Positions 25,437-39,645 of a stretch of 64,000 nucleotides of DNA are shown here, in pieces. This stretch comes from Balanoglossus misakiensis (lineage: Eukaryota > Animalia > Hemichordata), in assembly GCA_040954595.2 (NCBI GenBank), contig JBECUI020000024.1:434001-498000 (forward strand), written 5' to 3'. The notes under the pieces are model-generated. The model saw only the letters and a program-made list of their open reading frames with translations, did not search any database and was not told where the DNA came from. The position numbers were made by a program, and so were the translations under genes. Within the stretch, counting starts at the first letter, position 1. Each line of letters starts with the position of its first letter.

Positions 25437-26524
25437 GGTGTTTGTGGCGTGTACTAATGGAGTATGGCTGGGGTGTGTTGTGTCGAGCAGTGTAGTATAT
25501 CATTTGTGGGGCATTGAATATTTAGAACAAAGTTCTCTATGTCGGACTTCCTAACATATACTCGATCGTTGATAACAAAACGAGCAGATATTTTTGTGCA
25601 AATAGTGTGCGCAAAACAACAACTAAACATGAAGACAACAACATAGTACTGCGTGCGGTGCGACTCGGTTGTAAGCGTCAAGTCAAAAACTGCAAAGACA
25701 TGCAACAGGTGTAAATATAGTCGACTGAAATGCTGAAAAACCATGAATATCGATTGGCTCAAAGTGATGGGAATCGGCTCAACTTACCGGAGGGAATTGG
25801 TACATTATATAACGAGTAAACTAGAACGAAAGAAATCCCAGCGTGAACACTGGAAATTGTTCATAAATTAATATTTATACATGTATGTGTATATTGCGTA
25901 ACCTTCGAAAATTCGAATATCATTAGCACTTGGCCTAAAAAGTTGTGCATTGCGAGTGGGACACTGGGCAATTATTTTTATGGGCCGCCATCGCTATGCA
26001 GTTTAGATGTAGTATTTTACTCAACTTTTACCGGCAAGTGAGTGATTTGCTTTCAGAAGGTAATGAGACGGAAATAAACTTATGCAATCAGAGTTAATTA
26101 TTCGTGAGGATACAAACCTTTGTACTAGATTTATTGTAATTTTTCAGTGTATACTCCTGGCCTTCGCAGGACTTTCATTTTTTACCCGGTTTGTGTGTTT
26201 TCGGGTTACCCATGGGCACTCTCTACCTGTTTTAAAACTCTGAACAAGTCGATGTCACGTGTATCATTTTATGTACGACGTACATCATTATAGTAATGCT
26301 ATAGTGAAGTTTTTAAAAAGGAAATATTTTTTTAGTGTTATTCTCTTCGTTTTTTTTATGACTGAAATATGCTTGTGCTTGATGGAAAAACCGGATTCAA
26401 CCTTAGCTTAATATATGCATTATCGTTCGCAACTGACGTCATATAATGTAGCAATTTCCCTCCGGTTAAATTGAACCAATCGGCATTCCCGTTTTTCCAC
26501 CATTTCACTCGAATATCTAACTCC

Positions 26525-26969
26525 AGGATCCTGATTGGCCTATGTAATTAATCATTCCTTTCATCAACACTTCCTAACCGTTAACCCGCTGTACCTCCGC
26601 ATGTCTCCACAAGAGCTAGGAGCTCAGAATCGGTCGGACGCAGACCAGCGGTCTGTCAGGTGTAGTAACCCTAACACCGTTAAAGGTAGGTTTTCATTTA
26701 TTCTATTATAAGTCTCCGTTCATCAACATTTCAAAGATTCTCAATAATGCAGTAGTTGCCACTGTACTTCAATGAAATATTTCGTTTCAAACTTGCAAAT
26801 ACTACTTGAACCGAATCGCAAACCTTTCCATTTTTAATAACGAAGTCGGATGCCGAAATTACCAACTCACTTTTTTTATCGGATTCCATCATTCTAATAC
26901 TTTACTTCAATGTTCAAAAATTGTGTAAAACAATATCCACTTTCAATCTATATTTCAGGTTTAACGGCT
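26525..26969 (+). repeat. Inverted copy of OB-gene promoter, exon 1 and intron 1
   Basis: Reverse complement of about 24563-24995, breaking off just after the TTTCAG|GTTTAACGGC acceptor. Confidence 0.85.
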
Positions 26970-27339
26970 ATTTGTGCAACATTTGACAGTACTCACATCA
27001 TGGACTTTTCCTACAACGCACACCCTCTTCTTCTGTGGAGATATCTCGACTTCTGATATCATTATTTGTGGCGGATGATACAATTCTGTTACCAATTTTT
27101 CAGGTATATCCATCGCTTTACGCCCGCAAGGTATGATCTGGAAAAAAGTTTGGCGTAGTCTGTAAGTTGTGTGACTGAATCCGTAAAGATGGCATTTGGA
27201 GGAAAAATTTTGAGCATTTTTATCAGTAATCTAGTTTGTTTAAAATATTGGAACGCGATCAAAAATAAATGCGACTTGTAAACGAGTGCCGCGTTTGAAT
27301 CGGTATTGACGATAAACATCGGTAATCGGCGATGAAATC

Positions 27340-28700
27340 AACGGATTTTCAATGTACGTGATCGCATGGAGGCTGCCATATTGGATTACATCCGAAGACC
27401 TTCCGATTAGGCTTCGGTTGAATTCGGGAAAGGTCTCTAAAATGTAATGGGTCATTCAATTTTGTAGAGTAAATTTCTAAAAATGTAGAAGATGGGAGGT
27501 TAAGATACCCAAAATGACTACGTCAAAAAAAAGGCCCATAAGTTTCGGGGTGCGATTATAACATACCTTTGCTCTATCATAGAGGCAAATGGTATTATAT
27601 CTTCCAGTGGAAAAGTTGCGGAGCTGTATGTATTCTCTCTTCTGTTATCTGTTCAGCTATTTCGGATTTTCTTTCCAGAATTTAAGTTCCAGAACGTTGC
27701 CATCCTGCTGCATACAAGGCACGCTAAACAGTTTGCCGTTGGCTGAATTCCGGATCTAGACTGTATCCTCAATGAGGCACAATTTCACTGCCACGCCTTG
27801 GCTGCATGGTTGCAGATGATGGAGCTAAGGTACGTAACAATCGCACCCCGAAACGCCTGGGCCCTTTTTTGTGTGTAGTCATTGTGGGTATGTTAACCTC
27901 CCATCTCCTACATTTTTAGAAATTTAGTATACAAAATTGGATGACCGATTATGTTTTAGAGACCTTTCCCGAATCCACCTGAAGCCCAGTCGGAATGTCT
28001 TGGGATGTAACCTAAATTCAATATGGCCGCCTCCATGCGTTCACTTGCATTAAAAAAAAAACGTTGATTTTATCTCCGAGTGGCGGTGTTTATCGTCAGT
28101 ACCAATTGAAACGCGGCACTCGCTTACAGGTCGCGAGCGCGTTCTAATATTCTAGAAAGAAAAAAATGATAGTTTCGAGTACAGATTACATGTATTTTAA
28201 AACGAGGTTTGGTCACAATGGTATCACTACTTAATGACTTACAATCGATGTTTTTAATTGTCTTTGCACCACAGTATGAATCCTGTGATGGTAAATCGCA
28301 TTCAACTTAGAAGGCGTGGAGTAAGTGCAACTGATGGTAACTGGGATACCAAACTGAAACTTTTGGGAGAGAAAACCTTGCCATGCATGGACGTGGGTGG
28401 CACAGTTAAACTTGGGTTAAATACTACAGCGACAACTGAAGTCCCGGTGAGATATTATAAAATACTCTTACATCATAAAATTGAAATCCTACATGTCAAT
28501 AATTTCATATTTTCACTAATGTTTAGCAAAAAACAACTGCTCTCAACAAACCTTACCCCTCCCCCTCTTGTATTGTCAGTGCTTTGTAATCTATCAGTAA
28601 CAATCCATTTTTTTCTCTCAAGGTGTTAAAAGAACCTATAGCTACTGGTGATGACATGATACCGTCCATGGGGTGTTGGAGGTAATACACTTTCTAAGTA
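27340..28700. pseudogene. Rearranged OB-fold gene fragments
   Basis: 27340-27800 is a degenerate direct copy of 24060-24520 (minus). It is joined at about 27805 to a plus-strand paralog: exon end GATGGAGCTAAG|GT, intron, exon 28275-28447 (..ATDGNWDTKLKLLGEKTLP..VGGTVKLGLNTTATTEVP), and a further exon from 28623. Confidence 0.75.
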
Positions 28701-30100
28701 TTAACCAGTCAGGACGTAAGTGGGGTAATTACGGCGGTGAGATCAAAGAGATCTATTTGAATGTGAAAGTCGCTGAGTGGCAGTTACGGCCAGTTCGAAA
28801 AATGTTCAAACGGAGATTTTCGGTACTACAAGTGATCGTAGTGCACCCGTTTTTTCTAAGACGTGTATGAAACACCATAGTCAATGATAGGATGATTTTT
28901 CGTGAAGTTTTAACGACGCTTTCCCGAGAAAGACAGTTTCGGTATGTTGGTTTAAATTGTGGTCCTTGACTCTCGGCAAAGATTTCTTGTCTTGAAAAAA
29001 ATTGGGTAGGTTAGGAAGATATAGAACTAAGTTACCGTGAAATTATAATAGTGTGAGCCGCTCCGTTGTGGGGTAATGACGGTGTAAAAATTGCCTTCGC
29101 CATCGACGAGTACAGCCGTGTTTGCCATATGTGTATGCATTGAAGTAGGTCAACGCATGTTAACCCATGACGTAATGGCTTCCTTTTCAACGCGTCGTTA
29201 TCTCTCATTAGCATATTACATACGGAGTCTATACACTATTCACGCTGACTGACTTCTCAGGACTGACCTATGGCACAGTAAATTGTGGTCCTTGACTCTC
29301 GGCATGGATATATTCATGTCAAAATTATGAATAGAGGAGTTTAATAATGTTTCTAAAACCTGAGGGGGTTAATTTTTGTGTGGGTATGGCTGATATTTTT
29401 TTTTTGTAACTTCAAGGTCACTTTGAATTTCGTGATCACAATTTTGTCAGTGGAAGTAAAGAAATTCTTCTCGATAAAACTTCATGAAAAATCACATGTA
29501 GTACACTCATAGTACCAGTAATGTGCCTGGGGTGAAATAATTGTCAGAAATGGGTTGCTAGTTGCTTAACTTTCGTTGTGAAAAAAGTTGAAAAACTGTA
29601 TGCAAATGAGCAATTCAAACGTTACTGGCCAGTTCAAGTGTTTGCATTGCATGATCCCCTGCTGTTTAATTATCCCACTTACGTCCTGACTGTAACTGCA
29701 GTAGTTGCTTACATCAGACTCCCACTATCTGCATGCAAGTTGTGGATGGATTTGCAGAGAGAGAGGCTAGTACACGGCACTCATGTGGACCTGCACTACC
29801 ACATTTCTATTCAACATCAGGTCTCTGAGTAAAAAGATGGCCATGTAAATTTTCTCTAAGTTTGTTAGAGAAATAAAGTACAACTTTAGTGTTTCACTAA
29901 TTGAGTTTCAGTGTTCTTGTATTGTCTCGTTTGCCCCATGCCAACCTCAAAGTAAACGTCAAATTTGCCATTTTTGACTTATTTGTCCTTGTAGTGGGCC
30001 ACATAGCATTTTAGTGCAACTTATGAAAATCTGAAGAACCAAATGCCTAATTTACCCAATCTGCACAGATTTATTTCAATGGTACAGACTTGATGATCAG

Positions 30101-31450
30101 TATAGCGCCCTCTGTGGTAGTATTGGGGGGGGGTTAACCTAGCCTTTGTATGTTTATCCCTGTCCGGTTCCATTCCACTTGTATCTATGGTAACCTAATT
30201 ATCAGCAGTAAAGGCCACAGCTTTGAAACAGTTTTAATAACAAGCACTCTGAATTACACGGCCATTCTCATTGGTGCATATAGTGTAGTCACGTTGTATT
30301 TTACTGCAACTGGTGAAAGTCTCCTAAAAACCAAATGTGTCTTTACCCACTGTGCACAGAGTATTTGAATGATACTCAGTTGATGGTCATATAGTATAGC
30401 GCCCTCTGTGGTAGTATTTTGATTATGGAGGTGGGGTTAAATCTTGTCTTTGCATATGTTTATCCCTGTCATGTTGCATTGGGCTTGTATCTATGGTAAC
30501 CTAATTATCAGCAGTAAAGGCCACAACTATGAAACAGTTTTAATATCAAGCACTCTCTGAATTACATGGCCATTCTCATTGGTGTATATAGTGTAGTCAC
30601 GTTGTATTTTACTACAACTGATGAAAGTCTCCTAAAAAACCAAATGTGTCTTTACCCACTGTGCACAGAGTATTTGAATGATACTCAGTTGATGGTCATA
30701 TAGTATAGCGCCCTCTGTGGTAGTATTTTGATTATGGAGGTGGGGTTTAATCTTGTCTTTGCATATGTTTATCCCTGTCATGTTGCATTGGGCTTGTATC
30801 TATGGTAACCTAATTATCAGCAGTAAAGGCCACAACTATGAAACAGTTTTAATATCAAGCACTCTCTGAATTACATGGCCATTCTCATTGGTGTATATAG
30901 TGTAGTCACGTTGTATTTTACTGCAACTGATGAAAGTCTCCTAAAAAAACAAATAAGTCTTTACCCACTGTGCACAGAGTATTTGAATGATACTCAGTTG
31001 ATGGTCATATAGTATAGCGCCCTCTGTGGTAGTATTTTGATTATGGAGGTGGGGTTTAATCTTGTCTTTGCATATGTTTATCCCTGTCATGTTGCATTGG
31101 GCTTGTATCTATGGTAACCTAATTATCAGCAGTAAAGGCCACAACTATGATACAGTTTTAATATCAAGCACTCTCTGAATTACATGGCCATTCTCATTGG
31201 TGTATATAGTGTAGTCACGTTGTATTTTACTGCAACTGATGAAAGTCTCCTAAAAAAAACAAATGTGTATTTACCCACTGTGCACAGAGTATTTGAATGA
31301 TACTCAGTTGATGGCCATATAGTATAGCACCCTCTGTGGTAGTATTTGGATGATAGGGGAAGGGGTAACCTACCTTTTCTATACATGTATATGGTTATCC
31401 CTCTTCTATTGCATTCCGCTTGTATCTATGGAAACCTAATTATCAGCAGT
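30101..31450 (+). repeat. About 309-bp tandem repeat, about 4.3 copies
   Basis: TATAGCGCCCTCTGTGGTAGTATT at 30101, 30395, 30704 and 31013, with a variant at 31323. Confidence 0.92.
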
Positions 31451-34138
31451 GAATGCCAAATTGTAAAACAGCAACATATTTATTATCAAACACTGTATGG
31501 AATTGAATATACACAATATGTTTTGTGTGTTTGCTGGCTACATACATGCATAAATACGTACATACATATATTACACTCATACTCAAACACACAGCTAATG
31601 GACTCTTTTTTTCATCATCCCCACCAGTTATCGAACCTGGATCTCTTATCACAAAGTGACAAGTGTGTTAACCATTACACCATGAGGATTTTTTATCTCC
31701 ACTAACTGCCAACACACTGTCCAATTGCACATTCACTCACTGACATATTCAACTAACACACCAGTTTCTTTATTTCAAAAAGTACACAGTAAAACATCAC
31801 AAATGACAAGACAGGGGTATCAGGAATCACACAAATCATACTAAAATTTTTACTGAAGCCATTGCTGTAAGATTGCTGTAAGTAATGGCACTATTCAATG
31901 GTGTTAACACCACATAGCACAATGATGTACTGCACACATTCAAGTCACATACCTTTTTGAAGTATTAATAAACACTGATTCTATGAACTGTTAAAATTAT
32001 TTTTTCTTACATCATCCCTGAATACCAAATTTCAAACAAATTAGGCTAGTGCTTTCACATGTTAACACACAATGCATGGCACTGGACAATCATCCTATCC
32101 GATCTGAAACCTCAGTGTCACTTACCACAAAACTAAACACGTTATCTACAAATGATTTACGAAACTAATTCGTACACGACACAATACACAATTGAGTGTG
32201 TTGATCTCTTAGTTTGTACATGATACTTTGCACTGATGTACACCAACACTCACCTTGAGAACTCTTTGGTAGCCAAAACTGTCAAGAAAATAAACAAAAC
32301 TTTTAAATTAAATCATTAAGTATAATTGTGTATTTAAACAAGTACATCAAGATATACACTTGCCTGCATAACACGCACCTCTCAATAGCCATAATGTATC
32401 AATGTCGAGATGACATCACTCCAAGTACAAGATAGCGAATGATGATTTTTTTACAATAACCCCACTACTTAAACAGGACAACAAATTACAATGAATTCAC
32501 TATCAACCTTGTGATATTCAGAAAATCAATTCTTGGTCACATAAATTGTCCTGTCCACAAAATGGTTTCATGGCATCAAAATATGTTAACAAGTCAACTC
32601 TACTTTTCATGCTCCAACCAGATTTCATTGTCTATGTTTTTAACATGCCTGTCACGACTAGAAAGCATACACACTAAACAGAGTGGTCACCAGCATAATT
32701 TGGCCAATTCTATGCTTGTCCTCACATTCTTACGAACAATTCAAATGTCAAATTATCTAGCAATGTTTCTGTTATGTACTCACACAGATTGTTCCATATT
32801 TGAAGCAAATAATTATCAAAAACAAATTGATTACCCTGATATAAATTCCAATGAAAACCTTAAGGCTTTTGGTCATGTAAACATACAATATTAACAGAAA
32901 AAATAATGGAAAATACAATCCATTTTTACTACTGTTTATTTTTTGACAAATACATATAAGAGACATGGAAACTATTGAAGTACACATCCCAAAATAATAT
33001 CCTACCACTGCTTGTACGTTTCATACACACGATACAAGACCGATCGCCCGAATTCAGCAGATTCACTTGCCTAAAACCGTTTCTAAATAATCATATGCAC
33101 CTGTATACACTCCAAAAATAAGCTTAATTTCAACTTGTATGGAATGAAATAGAAACTCCGATGTACCCAGCCTCTGATGTTTCTATTCCTTCAAGCAAAC
33201 TTCACCATCTTAACATATATACAATTTGCCAAAACATGCATACAAACGAAACCCTTTCAGTATATAACGACAACCGCCATATTGGATGTCGCTCGACACG
33301 AAAATAAAAAAAGCCTGATAAAAACTGCCATCGCCTCATACACAATTAAAATCACACTACCATTGGATAAAACACAACTACGTAACCAATACCATCAACT
33401 CTTACACGTTCAAACCACCGATTCTGTCATTTATACTCATTAAAAATAACCACGAGAATATACACATATCCCACTAACCTATATTCAGCTGCTGAACAAC
33501 AAGAGCACTTGATTCGTTTTCGGATGTGACTACGTGCAACAACATACGCATCACCATCACATTCGCGTTGGGATTCAAGACAGTTTCAATATCTCAAGAA
33601 GCAATACAACGAGAAGACCTTCTCGGGATTTTATGCACATCCTGTTGGATATCGCTGCCAAATGTCCACAGATGATAAAACATGATACCAGAATGTTGTA
33701 TTGGGGACAACCATCAAATGTTCCCGTGCCAGCGCCCTCTATATTCTAGAAACCCTGGTATATCTCAAGAAACATTACCATTTTTAATTATTTTTAAAAG
33801 CAAAAGTAAGTTGTCATTTTATTTGTACAATTATTTCTCTATATTAAACAAGTATACATAAACACTAAAACATGTTTTGCCATGTTAACATAAATTTATG
33901 ACCATTTTAAAATACTATATAGCTTATATTTATTAAAGTACAAATTCAGATGTTTTTCATTTTTAACCATTTCCACAATCAAAATGAAAAAAAAAATCGC
34001 ATTAATAGTAGATTGGGTTATATTGGATATCATTATGTAAAACTGAAGAGTCACTATGGCATGGAAACTACTGAGATATGTGGTAGAAAACCAAAATGCC
34101 CAACAAATATACACAGTGTGTGTTGTGTGTTAGATAGG

Positions 34139-34344
34139 TACATACATACATACATACATACATACATACATACATACATACATACATACATACATACATA
34201 CATACATACATACATACATACATACATACATACATACATACATACATACATACATACATACATACATACATGCATGCATGCATGCATGCATACATACATA
34301 CATACATACATACATACATACATACATACATACATACATGCATG
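34139..34344. repeat. (CATA)n/(CATG)n microsatellite
   Basis: Direct inspection. Source of the spurious HTYI/MYVC ORFs. Confidence 0.98.
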
Positions 34345-36024
34345 CGCCCTGTATTGATCAAATACCGTCGTGCAAGCTCATGTACAAGCTATTTCATTAT
34401 GCCTGAACAAAAATTGACCAAATTCTACTGTTTATTATGATTCATTCTTCGAAACAATTCATCTTCTTGCCATATTTTATTTGTTCATATAACACATTTT
34501 GAAGAAAAGTTGTACAAAGACTACAATATACTAATGGGCTATATTCTCAAAACAGATATATTACCACAAATACTACTAGGGATTGTGTAGTGGTTTCTTT
34601 CTCACTATAAGACATATGATATCTGATATCAACCATACAAACAATATCAATCTTCTTACACACATACATACATTCATACTTACACAAAAAGCATAAAACA
34701 CCAATTTATTTTATATAGCCTTATATTAATTTATTTCAATTGTGAAAATAGACACACATACAAAAAAGAACAGAAAAACAATCACAGTATCTGGTTTATG
34801 AAATAAAAAAGACCAAACAAGCAATTGCTTCCGAAATAGCATATTCCACATTCTGTCACAAATTGAGCAAATTCCAGTAAAATCAACCCCAAGGACCTAC
34901 ACACTAAATTTCAAAGTAATTGTACAAAGAATTTAACTAAACACAACTAAAATTGATCAAAAATTACACATTTCACCACAATTTACATAAACTCTACCAA
35001 CTTCACCCTAGGAACCTGCATACTAAATTTCAAAGTAATTGGCCCCGTGGTTTCAGTAAAGAAAAGTGACAGACAGTGACACCACTCACCCAATAAGACA
35101 ATCACCCAATCTAATAAGCTCAACATAACTGACAACACAGCTAAACAGTTCACCGACAATATAAATACAATTGTGTACATTTCACAAATGACAATATTAG
35201 CCTTTTAGTCACCTCTGACTCTAATGTAAAGTACATTATGGTAACTGTTCATTGAAATGTTTCTGGGAAATGTTTACTAAGGCTATTTAATATCTTCTAG
35301 TTTTTTTTTATAACACATGGTTTCTCTTGCAATTCCTCTTTCAGTAAACAGGATAAACTTTCTACACCATTACACTTATATGCTACTGCCAAATGGAAGT
35401 AATCTAATCCTGTAGTAGCTATAAAGCAGCATTGTCAGGGCCCAAGCAACATGATGAAAAAAGGTGAAAGCACACGTTATAGTTACTCAAACTTTTACCA
35501 GAAAATTTTGATAGATCATATTGGTTCACGTCCAAGCAAATCGGACTTCTAACCATATTGGTTAGCTTACAATTTGATAAGTATATAAATTAAAGGGACC
35601 CTTTTCCATTAATTATGTTTGATGCAAGACACCATTTATGTTAATGTACATGTGGATATATAGTGAATCAACATTCAACAACACACACTGCTTGTAGACA
35701 CGAGAGTGAAAAATCTTGCCAAAATGAATAATTGGTCTTTACCATTTATTCATTTTGGGCGAGTTTTTACTGTCATATCCTACAAACGGGATGGAAGCTG
35801 TGTGTGGTCAAACGTTGATTCACTATATATCCACATCAACAGTCTCTTGTATCACACATAATTATTAAAAAAGGGCAGCAAAGAGACTTTCTGCCTTTAA
35901 TAAGCTAATAAAAGTGTTAGACTGCATTGGCTGCTCTATAATACCATTTAGCAATGCAGTAACTCCTGTGGATGCCAATTTCTGACTCTCTGTTATTTCT
36001 CACATGCATTTGTGAATTTTTATT

Positions 36025-36526
36025 GAAATAAAAAAACTGGTGTGTTGAATATGTCAGTGAGTGAATGTGCAATTGGACAGTGTGTTGGCAGTTAGTGGAG
36101 ATAAAACAATCCTCATGGTGTAATGGTTAACGCACTTGTCACTTTGTGATAAGGGATCCTGGTTCGATTCCTGGTGAGGATGATAAAAAAGGAGTCCATT
36201 TGCTGTGTGTTTTCCATGTATGTATGTATGTATGTATGTATGTATGTATGTATGTATGTATGTATGTATGTATGTATGTATGTATGTATGCATGCATGCA
36301 TGCATGCATGCATGCATGTATGCATGTATGCATGTATGCATGTATGCATGTATGCATGTATGCATGTATGCATGTATGCATGTATGCATGTATGCATGTA
36401 TGCATGTATGCATGTATGCATGTATGCATGTATGCATGTATGCATGTATGCATGTATGCATGTATCTATGTATCTATGTATCTATGTATGCATGCATGTA
36501 TGTATGTATGTATGTATGTATGTATG

Positions 36527-36560
<34 letters not shown>

Positions 36561-39500
36561 TGTATGTATGTATGTATGTATGTATGTACCTATCTAACAC
36601 ACAACACACACTGTGTATATTTAATTCCACAATGCTTGATACTAAAACTGTCCACAAAAAAACATTTGTTTATAACCCCTAAGTGCTTGTCTTCCACACT
36701 TACCTTCTCTTGGCATTTATTTCCACAGATGATGCAATACTGCTCGTCTCTTCATCCTGGTCTCTTGCGCTCCCCTTTTTACTCTCCCTGAATGCTGACA
36801 ACACGTACCGTCTCATTGTTCAGTGGATATGCCTTGCTGTCATCTGCATCTGCTCCCTCAGTACCCCCTTCTCCCTGGCACAATCATCCAAATACTATCG
36901 CAGAGGGCGCTATACTATATGACGATCAACACAATATCATTCAGATAATCTTTGCACAGTGGGTAAATTAAGCATTTGGTTTTTCACGAGACTTTCATCA
37001 GTTGTACTAAAATGAAATGTGTCTACACTATACAAATGACAATGGCCTTCTAATTCAGAGACGTTGGGAAGGACTAGTGAGCACATACAGCAAATCAGAA
37101 GGCCCAAAATGGCAAAGTTGCATGATTACTAATGGGAATCAAAGAATACACAGGGTATATTTAATTCCACAGAGTGCTTGATACTAAAATTATTGCTGTT
37201 TTACAATTGTGGCATTTACTGCTGATAATAAGGTTACCATAGATACAATTGGAATAGACCGGACAGGGATAAACATATAAAGGCTAGGTTAACCCCCCAC
37301 CCCCTACCACAGAGGGCGCTATACCGATCATCAAGTCAGTACCATTGACATAAATCTGTGCAGAGTGGGTAAATTAGGCATTTGGTTCTTCAGATTTTCA
37401 TAAGTTGCACTAAAATGCTATGTGGCCCACTACAAGGACAAATAAGTCAAAAATGGCAAATTTGATATTTACTTTGAGGTTGACATGGGGCAAAGGAGAC
37501 AATACAAGAACACTGAAACTCAATTAGTGAAACATTAAAGTTGTACATGTACTTTATTTCTCTAACAAACTTAGAGAAAATTTACATGGCCATCTTTTTA
37601 CTCAGAGAACTGATGTTGAAAAGAAAACAATGTTACATCATAAAATTGAAATCCTACATGTCACTAATTTCTGATTTTCACAAATGTTCATAAAAAAAAC
37701 TTGTTCTCTGCAAACCTTACCCCCCCCCTCCTATTGTCGGTGCTTCTAATGTAACTCTCAATTTTTCCCTAAGGTGTTAAAAGAACCAAATGGTGATGAT
37801 ATGGTAGAAGGGATATTTGAGGGAATAGACATAGATGAGTAAGTATTAACTGCAGTACTTGCTTCCACCAATTTCCTATCATTTTGTGTACATGTTCACG
37901 TCTCTGTGTCTTACCAATCACATTCTGTCCTTCTTATTTTTTTCTAGAAGTGGCATCTTCTGTGTCAGACGGCAAATACTTACAGTGTCCCACCTTATGC
38001 CAGACCTTGGGTACAGAGGAGGCCATATTAGAAAACCTGCCAATGCATGTACACTACTCTATCAATCAAGAAATGCAACAGTCACAAAGATTGAGTAAGT
38101 TAACTAAACCAAAGCAATCTCCACCCTGCAACTTCCCCAGCACTTACTATCTGCATGCAAGTTGTGAACTTTTAATTTAGTATTCATTACAGAAACATTT
38201 CAGTCCTACAATTCACATGCATCTTATTTTCGTCAACACCATCTTATACAAAATATGATTTAACCATCTTGTTCTCATTTCTCTCCAATGTACAGAAAGC
38301 AGTAGCCTGGATGGATTTACAGAGAGAGAGGCTAGTACACGGCACTCATGTGGACATGCACTACCACATATCATATCTCAACGGGACTTCGGTTGTCGCT
38401 GTAGTATTTAACCCAAGTTTAACTGTGACACCCACGTCCGTACATGGCAAGGTTTTCTCTCCCAAAAGTTTCAGTTTGGCATCCCAGTTACCATCAGTTG
38501 CGCTTTCTCCATGCCTTCTAAGTTGAATGCGATTTACCATCACCGGATTCATACTGTGGTGCAAAGACAATTAAAAACATCGATTGTAAGTCATTTAGTA
38601 GTGATACCATTGTTACCAAACCTCGTTTTAAAATACATGTAATCTGTACTCGAAACTATCATTTTTTCTTTCTTTCTAGAATATGACTTGTGAGCGAGTG
38701 CCGCGTTTAAATTGATACTGAGAATAAACACCGCTAATCGACGATAAAATCAACGTATTTTCAAATGCAAGTGAACGCATGGAGGCGGCCATATTGAATT
38801 TAGGTTACATCCCAAGACATTCCGACTGGGCTTCAGGTGGATTCGGGAAAGGTCTCTAAAACATAATCGGTCATCCAGTTTTGTATACTAAATTTCTAAA
38901 AATGAAGGACATGGGAGGTTAACATACCCACAATGACTACACACAAAAAAGGGCCCAGGCGTTTCGGGGTGCGATTGTTACGTACCTTAGCTCCATCATC
39001 TGCAACCAGCCAAGGCATGGCTGTGAAATTGCGCGTCATGGAGGATGTCGAGATCCGGAATTCCGCCAACGGGAAACTGTTTAGCGTGCCTTGTATGCAG
39101 CACGATGGCAACGTTCTGGAACTTAAATTCTGGAAAGAAAATCCGAAGTGGCTGAACAGATTATAGAAGGGAGAATACGTACAGCTCCGCAACTTTTCCA
39201 CTGGAAGAGATAATACCATTTGCCTCTATGATAGAGCAAAGGCCGGGGATGCCATTACGCCGTTAAACCTGAAATATAGATTGAGAGTGGATATTGTTTT
39301 ACACAATTTTTGAACATTGAAGTAAAGTATTAGAATGATGGAGTCCGATAGAAAAAGTGAGTTGGTAATTTCGGCATCCGACTTCGTTATTAAAATGGAA
39401 AGATTTGCGATTTGAGATTCGGTTACCATTTGGAAGTTTGAAAGGAAATATTTCATTCAAGTACAGTGGCAACTACTGGATTATGGAGAATATTTGAAAT

Positions 39501-39645
39501 GTTGATGAACGGAGACCTATTAGAATCAATGAAAACCTACCTTTATTGGTGTTACGGTTACTACACCTGACAGACCGCTGGTCTGCGTCCGACCGATTTT
39601 GAGCTCCTAGCTCTTGTGGAGACATGCGGAGGTACAGCGGGTTTA
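36025..39645 (-). repeat. Right inner arm: mostly an inverted copy of about 26580-31770, including OB-gene pseudo-exons
   Basis: 36040-36210 matches rc 31590-31760, 37240-37620 matches rc 29810-30190, 38380-39240 matches rc 27565-28460, and 39255-39644 matches rc 26580-26969. The OB exon copy at 39010-39240 has a TAG stop. Confidence 0.88.
36216..36588. repeat. Compound (TATG)n/(CATG)n/(TATGCATG)n microsatellite
   Basis: Direct inspection. Its right flank CCTATCTAACACACAACACACACTGTG is the reverse complement of the left flank of the 34139 tract. Confidence 0.98.

Noticed and set aside
33950-36791. ORFs rich in HTYI/MYVC/MHAC
   Set aside because: They are translations of (CATA)n/(TATG)n microsatellites.
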